A DNA stretch of 64,000 nucleotides, taken from NCBI GenBank assembly GCA_945877085.1, contig CAMCQV010000001.1:20221-84220 (forward strand). Direction: 5' to 3'. The translations under genes were made by a program, and so were the position numbers. Position 1 is the first letter of the stretch. Each line of letters begins with the position of its first letter. Source of the DNA: Chitinophaga pinensis (lineage in GTDB: Bacteria > Bacteroidota > Bacteroidia > Chitinophagales > Chitinophagaceae). The notes beneath the pieces were generated by a model. The model worked only from the letters and a program-made list of their open reading frames with translations. It had not been told where the DNA came from and did no database searches. Below, in pieces: positions 47,660 to 57,641 of this stretch.

Positions 47660-48504
47660 TAGATAGAAACTTGGAACGCCACCTCGTTGGTTAAAACAGT
47701 TAATTCCTCTTGTAAGTGTACTACCTTTATACGTTTTTTTGAATCAATATCTTCAAATTGTTTTGGGTCATATTGATATAAACTCCATGCTTTATCTGCA
47801 TATTCCAAGGCTGTTAAATTTTCAACCCAATCACCACTATTTAAATAAGTGACTGAACCATTTTCATTAGTTACAACCCTATTTTGTGGCTGATGGATAT
47901 GTCCACAAATCACATATTTATAGCCATTCTCTATTGCTAATTCAGCCGCTGTTTGTTCAAAATTATTGATCCAAGAAACTGCTTTTTTTACGCCGTTTTT
48001 AACTTGCTTACTTAAACTCATTTTTTCACGTCCGAAAAGGGTACAAAGGAAATTCACAGAACTATTGATCATGATCAATAAATCATACCCATAACCGCCC
48101 AATTTTGCTAATAATTTAGCCCATCCTTTTGTTGTTCTATCAAAAACGTCACCATGGAAAACCCAGTTTTTTTCACCATTGATTTCAAAAACTATTTTAT
48201 CTGTCAATTGTATATTACCCATTTCAAAATGGCCATACTTTCTTAATGCTTCGTCATGATTACCAGTAATGTAGACTACTCTTGTACCCTTACTAGCCAT
48301 ACTAAATATTCGTTTGATAACTGCCATATGGCTAGCAGGAAAAAATCGTTTGTTAAACTGCCATATATCTATAATATCGCCGTTTAAGATTAGAGTCTTT
48401 GGTTCAATACTTTTAAGGTAGTTTAAAACTTCTTGTGCATGACATCCAAAGGTACCTAAATGAATATCACTAATTACACATACATCAAGTGGACGTTTAT
48501 TCAT
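47659..48504 (-). CDS. Metallophosphoesterase (LpxH/PlcP-like)
   Basis: SDIHLG, GDIID, GNHD, HGD, GHIH and NSGDWVE motifs; start ATG 48504; stop overlaps the glycosyltransferase start. Confidence 0.88.
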   Translation of the reverse strand: MNKRPLDVCVISDIHLGTFGCHAQEVLNYLKSIEPKTLILNGDIIDIWQFNKRFFPASHMAVIKRIFSMASKGTRVVYITGNHDEALRKYGHFEMGNIQLTDKIVFEINGEKNWVFHGDVFDRTTKGWAKLLAKLGGYGYDLLIMINSSVNFLCTLFGREKMSLSKQVKNGVKKAVSWINNFEQTAAELAIENGYKYVICGHIHQPQNRVVTNENGSVTYLNSGDWVENLTALEYADKAWSLYQYDPKQFEDIDSKKRIKVVHLQEELTVLTNEVAFQVSI

Positions 48505-48536
48505 GAGTGCTTGTTTAAACAAAATACGTAGTTCTA

Positions 48537-48586
48537 TGTAAACAAATTGTGCCCTAATTATTATATTAATATTAATTTATTGTTAT
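48537..48586 (-). promoter_or_regulatory. Five 11-bp-phased direct repeats (Pho-box-like) between the phosphoesterase gene and ppk1
   Basis: Minus strand ATAACA-n5-TTAATA-n5-ATAATA-n5-GGCACA-n5-TTTACA. Confidence 0.55.
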
Positions 48587-48642
48587 GCAAGTCTTTAAAA
48601 AATACTTAAATTGTAGATTTACTTTCTAACAATCAAGTCTTT

Positions 48643-50709
48643 ATGAAGCAAAAGCACATTCCCAGAGATATTAGCTGGCTCAGTTTTAATGCTCGTGTAT
48701 TACAAGAAGCAAATGATAATAGTGTTCCATTACAAGAAAGAATAAGATTCCTTGGTATTTTCTCTAATAATTTAGATGAGTTTTTTAGGGTTCGTGTGGC
48801 CACGTTGAAAAGAATGGTTGAATTAGTAGATAAAAAGAAGGGTGTCAATATTGACCTGATTGCATCCCCACAAGTGATTTTAGATGAGATTCAAAGGGTT
48901 GTATTGAGACAACAGAATGAATTCAACCGTATTTGGCAAAATATATTAAAGGAGCTGAAGGCGAATAAAGTGCTCATTGTTGACAATAAACAACTCAATG
49001 CAGAACAAAAGGAATTTGTAAAAACTTATTTTGACAATGAAGTGAGACATGATATCATTCCATTGATGATTGAAAACCTGCCTCAATTGCCTTATCTAAG
49101 AGATAAGAGTTTGTATTTGGCTATCGTCATGGGGAATAAGAATGACGCCTACCAACAAAAATTTGCTTTAATCGAAGTGCCATCAAGGTCGGTAGGAAGA
49201 TTTATTATATTACCTTCTAAAAATGGATTTACAACCATTATGCTATTAGAGGATTTGATTGAATTTAATTTACCAATCATTTTCTCTCATTTTAAATTCA
49301 ACCAATTTGATGCACATGTATTTAAAATTACAAAAGATGCCGAGATTGATTTAGACCAGGAAGTTGGCTTGAATTTTATTGATAAGATCTCAAAAGGTAT
49401 TAAAAACAGAAGAAAAGGTAAGCCAGTAAGATTTGTATATGAAAAAGATATGAATCCAGAAATGCTTGAATTCCTGATTAAGAAACTAGGATTAAACCGC
49501 AAAAGCAGTATCATTCCGGGAGGACATATTCACAATTTCAGACATTTTATGGATTTCCCAAATGTTATAAAAGAGCCTAATTACAATAGACCAAGGCCAT
49601 TCATCCATCCTGCATTCAAGAAAAAAGTGATGGTCTTTGACATGGTGATGCAAAAGGATATCATGTTGCATTTCCCATACCATAGTTACGATACCGTTAT
49701 TGATATGCTTCGTGAAGCAGCCATGGATGATACCGTTTTATCTATAAAAATTACAGCTTATCGTTTGGCATCTAATTCTAAAGTGATCAATGCCTTAATC
49801 AATGCTGCTAGAAATGGCAAGAAAGTGACGGTTTTTCTTGAATTAAAGGCAAGATTCGACGAAGAAGCCAATTTAGAATGGAAAACCATCATGGAGGAAG
49901 AAGGTATTACAGTGCTTGTGGGTATACCAAATATGAAAGTGCATGCAAAGCTTTGTGTGATTCAGAAAAGAGTGAAGAATAAATTGGTACAATATGGATT
50001 CATTAGTACCGGTAATTTAAATGAGAAAACCGCAAAAATATATGCGGATCATTGTTTGATGACCAAGAATGTGACTTTAATGAACGAAGCAAACAGAATC
50101 TTTAATTACTTGGCGAATTGGGAACAAGGTGATAAGCCAATTGTTAAAATGAGAAATTTATTGATTTCTCCAATCAATATGCGATCAGCATTTATGGACC
50201 TGATTGAAAATGAAATTCAAATTGCAAAAAAAGGTTATGTCGCTTCTATTACAGTCAAATTGAATTCATTGACTGATACTATTTTATTAGACGCTTTATA
50301 TAAAGCAGTGAAAGCTGGTGTAAAAGTAAATTTAATCATTAGAGGGATTCTAACCCTCAAGCGTACAAATGAAAAAAATGCAGGAAAAATAAATGCATTA
50401 AGTATTGTAGACCAATATTTAGAACATGCTAGGGTAATTATTTTTAATAACAAGGGTAACCAAAAAGTATTTATCTCAAGCGCAGACTGGATGGTTCGTA
50501 ACTTAGATCATAGAATTGAGGTTGCAGTTCCAATTATTGATCCAGTCATAAAAAAAGAATTGATTGATATCATCAATATTCAATTAAAAGACAATCAAAA
50601 AGCAAGAATCTTGGATGGCGAATTAAGCAATAAATATGTACCTTCGGCCAAAGCAACTTCTTTTAAATCTCAGGAAGAAACTTATAAATTTTTAAAAGGT
50701 AAAAGATAA
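48643..50709 (+). CDS. ppk1: Polyphosphate kinase 1
   Basis: RDISWLSFNARVL, NLDEFFRVRV, ELKARFDEEAN, KVHAK, EHAR and SADWMVRNL motifs. Confidence 0.97.
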   Translation: MKQKHIPRDISWLSFNARVLQEANDNSVPLQERIRFLGIFSNNLDEFFRVRVATLKRMVELVDKKKGVNIDLIASPQVILDEIQRVVLRQQNEFNRIWQNILKELKANKVLIVDNKQLNAEQKEFVKTYFDNEVRHDIIPLMIENLPQLPYLRDKSLYLAIVMGNKNDAYQQKFALIEVPSRSVGRFIILPSKNGFTTIMLLEDLIEFNLPIIFSHFKFNQFDAHVFKITKDAEIDLDQEVGLNFIDKISKGIKNRRKGKPVRFVYEKDMNPEMLEFLIKKLGLNRKSSIIPGGHIHNFRHFMDFPNVIKEPNYNRPRPFIHPAFKKKVMVFDMVMQKDIMLHFPYHSYDTVIDMLREAAMDDTVLSIKITAYRLASNSKVINALINAARNGKKVTVFLELKARFDEEANLEWKTIMEEEGITVLVGIPNMKVHAKLCVIQKRVKNKLVQYGFISTGNLNEKTAKIYADHCLMTKNVTLMNEANRIFNYLANWEQGDKPIVKMRNLLISPINMRSAFMDLIENEIQIAKKGYVASITVKLNSLTDTILLDALYKAVKAGVKVNLIIRGILTLKRTNEKNAGKINALSIVDQYLEHARVIIFNNKGNQKVFISSADWMVRNLDHRIEVAVPIIDPVIKKELIDIINIQLKDNQKARILDGELSNKYVPSAKATSFKSQEETYKFLKGKR

Positions 50710-50715
50710 AATAAA

Positions 50716-51591
50716 TTGATTTTAGCCGCAATTGATATTGGCAGTAACGCTGCAAGGTTACTAATAAGCGAAGTTGTTAAGCATGATAAAGAAATAGAGC
50801 TTAACAAATTAAATTTAATTCGTATTCCGCTTAGGCTGGGCTTTGATGTATTTGAAAAAGGCTATATTGGATTTAGAAAAAAAAAGATGCTCATAAATAC
50901 GATTGATGCATTTAGCGTGCTAATGAAAGTATATGAAGTGGACCATTATATTGCTTGTGCAACAAGTGCGATGAGGGACGCTAGTAATTCAAAAGACATC
51001 ATCAAAGAAATCAAATTAGAAACTGGTATAAAAGTGGAAGTGATTTCAGGTGATTTAGAAGCTGAGATCATTTATGAAAATCATATCGCAGAATTGTTAG
51101 ATGCTACTAAAAGCTATTTATACATTGATGTAGGTGGCGGAAGTACAGAAGTAACCCTATTTCATAAGTCTGCAGTCGCTTTTCAAAAATCTTTCAATAT
51201 TGGTACAGTTCGTCTTTTGACCAACAAAGTGGAGGATGCAACTTGGGAAGATCTAAAGCAAACATTAAAAGAGATTGGAAGAACCTATCCTAAATTGGTG
51301 GCCATTGGATCTGGAGGCAATATTAATAAAATTTACTCCATGATTAATTCAAAAAATATAAAGAGTATTCCTATAGAAGTGATTAGAGAATTCCTTCGAG
51401 TATTAGAGCCAATGTCTGTGGAGGAAAGAATGCACACCTATCTCTTAAAAAGAGATAGAGCAGATGTGATTGTGCCTGCATTGCGTATTTATGCAAATAC
51501 TATGAAATGGGCCAATATAGATGAAATTCATGTTCCTAAAATTGGATTGGCCGATGGCTTAATCAATCACTTATACGAACAAGTGAAATAA
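50716..51591 (+). CDS. ppx: Exopolyphosphatase (Ppx/GppA family, short form)
   Basis: AIDIGSN, ATSAMRDA, DVGGGSTE and RADVI motifs. Confidence 0.92.
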   Translation: MILAAIDIGSNAARLLISEVVKHDKEIELNKLNLIRIPLRLGFDVFEKGYIGFRKKKMLINTIDAFSVLMKVYEVDHYIACATSAMRDASNSKDIIKEIKLETGIKVEVISGDLEAEIIYENHIAELLDATKSYLYIDVGGGSTEVTLFHKSAVAFQKSFNIGTVRLLTNKVEDATWEDLKQTLKEIGRTYPKLVAIGSGGNINKIYSMINSKNIKSIPIEVIREFLRVLEPMSVEERMHTYLLKRDRADVIVPALRIYANTMKWANIDEIHVPKIGLADGLINHLYEQVK

Positions 51592-51631
51592 TTTCCTAGT
51601 ATAATTAAACAATAAAATAAAAGCTACAAAA

Positions 51632-52045
51632 CTAAAGTGATTTGAAAGAATGAATCATTTCAATAGCAGTGTTTGCAAATTCTTGTCCCTTATTCATCTT
51701 ATCAATGGCAGCACGCTCATAAGCTAAAGCTTCGTTCTGAGTGGTTAAAATACCAAAGATGACCGGCGTTAATTTTGTGGCTGCAATAGTTGCAAAGCCT
51801 TGGGTCACATATTGACAAACATATTCGTAATGGTCTGTATCCCCTTTTATGATCGCACCAATCACCACCACGCAGTCATATTGCTTCGTCTCAATAATTC
51901 GATTGGCAAACACCACAGTTTCAACAGCACCAGCGCATTCAAAAACTTTGTAAGCTTCTTTTTTAGCTTCTAGTTCATCTATGCATCCAGCTAATAATAA
52001 ATCTGTGATATGGGCATTGAAATTTGCTTTGATAATGGCGATCAT
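51632..52045 (-). CDS. ribH: 6,7-dimethyl-8-ribityllumazine synthase
   Basis: FN...GA.E...GAIIKGDTDHYEYV...PVIFGILT...ERA; start moved to ATG 52045. Confidence 0.88.
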   Translation of the reverse strand: MIAIIKANFNAHITDLLLAGCIDELEAKKEAYKVFECAGAVETVVFANRIIETKQYDCVVVIGAIIKGDTDHYEYVCQYVTQGFATIAATKLTPVIFGILTTQNEALAYERAAIDKMNKGQEFANTAIEMIHSFKSL

Positions 52046-52046
52046 A

Positions 52047-53300
52047 CTAGAAGGTAATTTTATGATTGGCAATAGTTGCCTTGTCTTGTAAATATTTTTT
52101 ATTTTGCTCCGTCACAAATGGTGGAACAATCATTTGTTCAAATTTAAAACCAGCTTCCTGAATCGCTCCTACTTTATCTGGGTTGTTCGTGATAAATGAA
52201 AATTGATTCACATGCATATGTTTGAGTATTGCAATCGCATCTTGGTAATTTCTAGCATCCTCTGGTAGTCCTAAACTAAGATTTGCTTGAAATGTATTTT
52301 CACCTTGATCCTGTAAGGCATAAGCTGCAATTTTTTGACCAATACCTATCCCTCTTCCTTCATGCCCTTTTAAATAAATTAAAAATCCGTGTTTATTTTT
52401 TGCAATCTGTTCTAATGCATTTGTCAGTTGCGCTTTACAATCGCAACGTACACTACCAAAAACATCTCCCGTTAAGCATTCACTATGGAAACGTACAATT
52501 GGTTGATTGGATTTTTCACTATCCATGCATAGCACCACATGTGCCTCTTTTGTATGTTTGTTTTCAAAAACCAAGGACTTAAACAACCCAAACTCAGTTG
52601 GGAGTTGTGATTGAGCAATCAGCTCCATTGTAGCTTCTGTCGTTTCAATTGATTTATTTGAATCTGAAGATTGAAATTTAAGATCTAAATTAACAGACTT
52701 TCTATATTCGATCAATTGTTCAATGTTGATCATTTTTAGTTGATGTGTTTTTGCAAAATCAACTAATCCGTTTCTCCTAAGCATATCGCCATCTTCGTCC
52801 ATGATTTCACAAATAATAGCAGCAGGTGCCATATCTGTTAGTAAGCATAAATCAACAGCCGCTTCGGTATGGCCTTTTCTAACCAATAAGCCGCCCTCTT
52901 TCGCCACTACTGGAAACAAGTGACCAGGCTTAATAAAATCTGTTGGTTTTGCAGAAGGATCCACCACCTGACGCGCAGTGATTGCCCTTTCTTTTGCAGA
53001 AATGCCTGTTGTGATGCCAAGGGCCGGAATTGCATCAATAGAATCATAAAATGCAGTATGAAAAGGATCTGCATGATTGGTATTAACTGGAGTTATACCA
53101 ATTTGATTTGCAATGGATGGATGTATAGCAATGCACACTAATCCTCTTGCATATTTTGTGCAAAAATTAATTTTTTCTTGGGAAGCTAAAGCTGCTGGAA
53201 AAACAATATCCCCTTCATTTTCTCTGTCTTCGTCATCCACCAATATAATTGGCTGTCCTAATTTAAAAGCATCTAATGCTTCCTGCACAGTATCAAACAT
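52047..53300 (-). CDS. ribBA: Bifunctional DHBP synthase / GTP cyclohydrolase II
   Basis: DDEDRENEGD, PGHLFP, GHTEA; RFHSECLTGD...RCDC, EGRGIG, TNNPDK. Confidence 0.95.
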   Translation of the reverse strand: MFDTVQEALDAFKLGQPIILVDDEDRENEGDIVFPAALASQEKINFCTKYARGLVCIAIHPSIANQIGITPVNTNHADPFHTAFYDSIDAIPALGITTGISAKERAITARQVVDPSAKPTDFIKPGHLFPVVAKEGGLLVRKGHTEAAVDLCLLTDMAPAAIICEIMDEDGDMLRRNGLVDFAKTHQLKMINIEQLIEYRKSVNLDLKFQSSDSNKSIETTEATMELIAQSQLPTEFGLFKSLVFENKHTKEAHVVLCMDSEKSNQPIVRFHSECLTGDVFGSVRCDCKAQLTNALEQIAKNKHGFLIYLKGHEGRGIGIGQKIAAYALQDQGENTFQANLSLGLPEDARNYQDAIAILKHMHVNQFSFITNNPDKVGAIQEAGFKFEQMIVPPFVTEQNKKYLQDKATIANHKITF

Positions 53301-53893
53301 TACACATTTCTTTTTAGAAGTAACTGTTCTGTATATTTTGCTAAAATATCAAATTCAATATTTACAATACTATCAACTGCAAGTTGATTGATATTGGTTT
53401 TGTCTAGTGTAGTTGGGATAATACAAAGATCAATTAGTTGATCGCTCACTTCATTGATCGTAAGGCTTACTCCATTGATTGCAATAGACCCTTTATAAAC
53501 AATATATTTTACAAATTGTTCAGGTACTTGGATGGTTAAAAACCAAGCGGTAGGGGTAATATCGATTTTATTGACTTTGGCAGTCGCATCCACATGACCC
53601 AGCACATAATGGCCTCCTAAGTAGCAATTTGGCTGCATGGGTAGTTCGGTATTCACTGCGTCTCCAACCTTATAGTTTCTAATAATTGTTTTTGCGATGG
53701 ATTCTGTTGACACAAAAAAATACATGTTATCGTCCACTACTTTCGTCACAGTTAGACAAGCACCATCTATCGCTACACTATCTCCTAGTTGAACAATGGA
53801 TGCAAAACTTGGCATACTTATAGCTAATTCCCATCCATCTTCGGCTGGGCTAATTGCATGTATCTTCCCTTTCTGAACAATACCTGTAAACAT
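53300..53893 (-). CDS. ribE: Riboflavin synthase
   Basis: Canonical MFTGIV start at 53893; GDSVAIDGACLT, GHVD, KGSIAINGVSLT. Confidence 0.95.
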   Translation of the reverse strand: MFTGIVQKGKIHAISPAEDGWELAISMPSFASIVQLGDSVAIDGACLTVTKVVDDNMYFFVSTESIAKTIIRNYKVGDAVNTELPMQPNCYLGGHYVLGHVDATAKVNKIDITPTAWFLTIQVPEQFVKYIVYKGSIAINGVSLTINEVSDQLIDLCIIPTTLDKTNINQLAVDSIVNIEFDILAKYTEQLLLKRNV

Positions 53894-53934
53894 ATGCGAT
53901 GGTTTGAGTAATTTTGAACTGCAAAGATAATCCA

Positions 53935-55035
53935 ATGAAGAAGAATGAAGCCATAGATTACTGTATTAATTTAGCTAAAAATGCCATTGAAAACGATATT
54001 AGGCCCAATCCTTTTGTAGGTGCTATTATTGTAAATCAAGCAGATCAGGTCATTGGAGAAGGATTTCATCAAAAATTGGGTGGACCACATGCCGAAGTGT
54101 ATGCCATAGAACAAGCACTCCAAAACACAACTGACCTAAGTCAATCCACCTTATATGTTAGCCTAGAACCCTGCTCTCATTTTGGGAAAACACCACCTTG
54201 TGCCGATTTGATTATCCGACATAAAATCAAAAAAGTGGTCATAGCTAGCTTGGACCCTAATCCAAAAGTGGCAAGTGTTGAAAAATTAATGGCAGCTGGT
54301 ATTGAAGTGGAAGTAATCAATGAGCCAACAGCTTCTTTGTTAAATTCGCGTTTTTTTACCAATCAAAATAAAAAAAGACCTTACTATATTTTAAAATTAG
54401 CAAGCACAATTGATGGAAAAATTGCTGATTACGCCAAAAATAGCCAATGGATAAGCAATGCTGCTTCTAGGCAATATGTTCACGATTATTTAAGAAGCAA
54501 TGTGGATGCTATTATAACTTCTTATAAAACGGTGATTCAAGATCAAGCAAGTTTAACCATAAGAAATACTGTAGGAGGGATTCAAGAAACCAATGTAATT
54601 ATCATTGATAAAGACCTGGAGTTATTTGAAAAACAATATGAAAATTTACCAATTTTTTATCCTCGTACAGCTACAAAAATTATTTTTATTACCGCCAATC
54701 CTCCAAGTATAGAGTTGTCAGAAAATACGGAATGTATTACAGGTATATTTGATGAACAAGGACTTTTGTTTTCATCTGTTTCAGAAACATTACTTGAACT
54801 AGGCTACTATAAAATATTAACAGAAGCCGGAAGCCAATTGAATTCAAGCATGATTCAACAAAATATAGCAGATGAACTGTATTGGTTTATTGCACCGTCT
54901 ATTTTGAATGATGTAAATGGAATACCAATGCTTGGATTGGATGAATTCCGTGTATTAGATAAGAAGTTACAATTGTCTTTAATTGAAACAAAGGTGATAG
55001 ATCAAGACGTTTTATTACACTACCACTTTGAATAG
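53935..55035 (+). CDS. ribD: Riboflavin biosynthesis deaminase/reductase
   Basis: PNPFVG, HAE, LEPCSHFGKTPPC and STIDG motifs; start ATG 53935. Confidence 0.93.
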   Translation: MKKNEAIDYCINLAKNAIENDIRPNPFVGAIIVNQADQVIGEGFHQKLGGPHAEVYAIEQALQNTTDLSQSTLYVSLEPCSHFGKTPPCADLIIRHKIKKVVIASLDPNPKVASVEKLMAAGIEVEVINEPTASLLNSRFFTNQNKKRPYYILKLASTIDGKIADYAKNSQWISNAASRQYVHDYLRSNVDAIITSYKTVIQDQASLTIRNTVGGIQETNVIIIDKDLELFEKQYENLPIFYPRTATKIIFITANPPSIELSENTECITGIFDEQGLLFSSVSETLLELGYYKILTEAGSQLNSSMIQQNIADELYWFIAPSILNDVNGIPMLGLDEFRVLDKKLQLSLIETKVIDQDVLLHYHFE

Positions 55036-55087
55036 ATAAGGTTGGATTTTCTTAAATTAAATAAGATATAATAAGCTTAAATTATTT

Positions 55088-56650
55088 TTATTCTAAATCT
55101 AAATTAAAGAATACACCTTTATTTTCGGTTTGTGCCAATGCATCTTTGAATATCAAAATTCCAACCTGATATAACAAATCATTTTCCCATTCTTTGAGGG
55201 ACCAGTATTTTAATACATTTGCATTCTGATATGCATGGGATAATTCATTGAGTCCTTTTCTTAAATCAGCTGATGTTTTTTCTATTCCAGCATAATTGGA
55301 TAAACAATTTTGTACCAATGCACGATCAATTTGCTTGACTATAATTGGTTTAAAATGATAAGCTGAAATTGGCAGTGCTGTATCATGACTCAAAGCATTG
55401 ATCATTTTTACTGCAGCCCATTTTGCAAAAACAATGCCTTCTATCAATGAATTTGATGCCAATCTGTTTGCACCATGCAAACCTGTTGATGCGACTTCTC
55501 CAATGGCGAAGAGCGCATCTACACCAACCACTCCACCAAACTCATCCACTTGTATACCACCACAAGTATAATGTTGAACAGGTAGCACTGGAATCCATTG
55601 TTTACAAATATCAATGCCTAATTTTTCTAAACAAGCTGTCTGTATATTTGGAAAATGTTTTAGAATAGTAGATGCACTAAGTCCTGTAGCATCTAAATAA
55701 ACATATTCAGTTTTGCTTTTTTTAATTTCGCTCATTATCGCCCTTGAAACAATATCTCTTGGTGCTAAAGAAGCCCTGGCATCATATTGAGGCATAAAAT
55801 CAACGCCTTCTTTATTTCTTAGGATAGCACCTTCTCCTCTTAGTGCTTCTGTGATTAAATAGGTGCCACTCTGATTTGATTCAAATAAACCAGTGGGATG
55901 AAATTGAATGAATGAAAGGTCTTTCATTGTTGCACCTAGTTGACTAGCAAAAACGATTCCGTCTCCAGTTGAAATGGTTTGATTCGTTGTTTTTGCATAA
56001 ACCATACCAAGACCACCTGTTGACAAAACCAATTGTGCACATTGAATATGAATACAATTTTCAACGATTAAATTGGGATAGGTCTGATGGGATGTATGAT
56101 TATGGATTGCTTGTATATGGAATGTGCCATGAGCGTCTTTTTCAATTTGAACAATGGCCGTATTTTCACTACATACTATGGACTTAAACTGGCTTACTCT
56201 TTGCATCAAGGTCGCTTGTAATGAATTTCCTGTACTATCTGCTTTATGCCAGATTCGTGAAAACTGATGCCCACCTTCTTTCACTAAATCATAAGTCCCA
56301 TCTATTTTTTTATCTAAATCAATACCCCAACGGATTAAATCTTGCATTGCATCGGGGGCAGCTTCAATTACTTTACGAACAATATGTAAGTCGTTTTTTC
56401 CAGCACCAGCATCTAATGTATCTACTATATGTGCTTCAAAACTATCTTCATCAGAAGCTACAGCCGCAATACCTCCTTGCGCCCAACTTGTATTGGTATC
56501 GGTTGCGGCCGCTTTTGATACCAATAATATTGAAATTGTTTGATTGCTTAATGCAGCAGCTTCTGCCAAATAAATGGCCGTAGCAAGACCCGCAACACCA
56601 GTGCCTACAATTACAACATCATAAGAGGTAGAATTAGATTGCATTTGCAT
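55088..56650 (-). CDS. nadB: L-aspartate oxidase
   Basis: GTGVAGL, WAQGGIA, EGGH, QFHPT, LAPRDIV, HYTCGG and HGANRLASNSL motifs. Confidence 0.93.
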   Translation of the reverse strand: MQMQSNSTSYDVVIVGTGVAGLATAIYLAEAAALSNQTISILLVSKAAATDTNTSWAQGGIAAVASDEDSFEAHIVDTLDAGAGKNDLHIVRKVIEAAPDAMQDLIRWGIDLDKKIDGTYDLVKEGGHQFSRIWHKADSTGNSLQATLMQRVSQFKSIVCSENTAIVQIEKDAHGTFHIQAIHNHTSHQTYPNLIVENCIHIQCAQLVLSTGGLGMVYAKTTNQTISTGDGIVFASQLGATMKDLSFIQFHPTGLFESNQSGTYLITEALRGEGAILRNKEGVDFMPQYDARASLAPRDIVSRAIMSEIKKSKTEYVYLDATGLSASTILKHFPNIQTACLEKLGIDICKQWIPVLPVQHYTCGGIQVDEFGGVVGVDALFAIGEVASTGLHGANRLASNSLIEGIVFAKWAAVKMINALSHDTALPISAYHFKPIIVKQIDRALVQNCLSNYAGIEKTSADLRKGLNELSHAYQNANVLKYWSLKEWENDLLYQVGILIFKDALAQTENKGVFFNLDLE

Positions 56651-57630
56651 TAAATAGATAACATATTTTGAAGTGCTTTTAGCGCCCCTTCTTGCACATG
56701 TGGGTCAATATGCACCATCGGTAATTCATATTGCAAGGCATTGTATAATTTTTCCAAGGTATTCATTTTCATATATGGACATTCTGCACATGCGCAGGTA
56801 TTGTTTTCAAAAGAAGGTGCTGGAATCAATATTTTTCCTGGAGCTGCTTCTCTCATTTTAAATAAAATACCCGCTTCGGTAGCTACAATAAAACAATGAT
56901 GATCGGATTTACTTACATGGTCTATCAATGCTTTTGTGGAACCAATAAATGCTGCTTTATCTAAAATCGAACTAGGACATTCTGGATGTGCAATTAAAAT
57001 GGCTTCTGGTCGCAGTTCCATCAATTGTGCAAGCTTCGCATCCGATATATTTACATGCACCATACAAGCACCTTCCCAGATATGCATTTTTCTGCCAGTT
57101 ACTTTTTCTACATACCTCCCTAAGTTGGCATCAGGTGCAAATATGATTTCTTTGTCCAGCGGGATGGCTTTTACCACATCCACTGCATTAGAAGAAGTGC
57201 AAATATAATCACTCATCGATTTTACAGCAGCAGTACAGTTTATATAACTTACCACAACTGCATCGGGATGTAAAGCTTTAAAATCTCTAAAAGCTGCTTC
57301 GGGTGCGGCATCCGCTAAAGAACAGCCAGCATGTAGATCGGGCAAAATCACCTTGGCATTTGGATTCAATATTTTAGCCGTCTCTGCCATAAAGTGTACC
57401 CCACAAAACACAATCATAGAAGCATTGACTTTTTGAGAATATTGCGCTAAGGCGTAACTATCCCCAACAAAATCAGCAATCGCTTGAATTTCATCGGCTA
57501 CATAATAATGCGCAAGAATGACTGCATTTTTTTGTTCCTTTAAAAGTTGAATTGCTTTTACTAAATCTACCCCTTCTGGCAATGGTCTATCTATAAATCC
57601 AACTTTAACTACTTCTTCTTGTAAGTCCAT
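56650..57630 (-). CDS. nadA: Quinolinate synthase
   Basis: LAHYY, GDS, CGVHFMAE, AGCSLA, HPEC and CPYM motifs. Confidence 0.95.
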   Translation of the reverse strand: MDLQEEVVKVGFIDRPLPEGVDLVKAIQLLKEQKNAVILAHYYVADEIQAIADFVGDSYALAQYSQKVNASMIVFCGVHFMAETAKILNPNAKVILPDLHAGCSLADAAPEAAFRDFKALHPDAVVVSYINCTAAVKSMSDYICTSSNAVDVVKAIPLDKEIIFAPDANLGRYVEKVTGRKMHIWEGACMVHVNISDAKLAQLMELRPEAILIAHPECPSSILDKAAFIGSTKALIDHVSKSDHHCFIVATEAGILFKMREAAPGKILIPAPSFENNTCACAECPYMKMNTLEKLYNALQYELPMVHIDPHVQEGALKALQNMLSI

Positions 57631-57641
57631 ATTCAATTAAA

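Noticed and set aside
53894-53934. FMN riboswitch expected upstream of the rib genes
   Set aside because: The gap is only 41 bp and no RFN consensus is visible.
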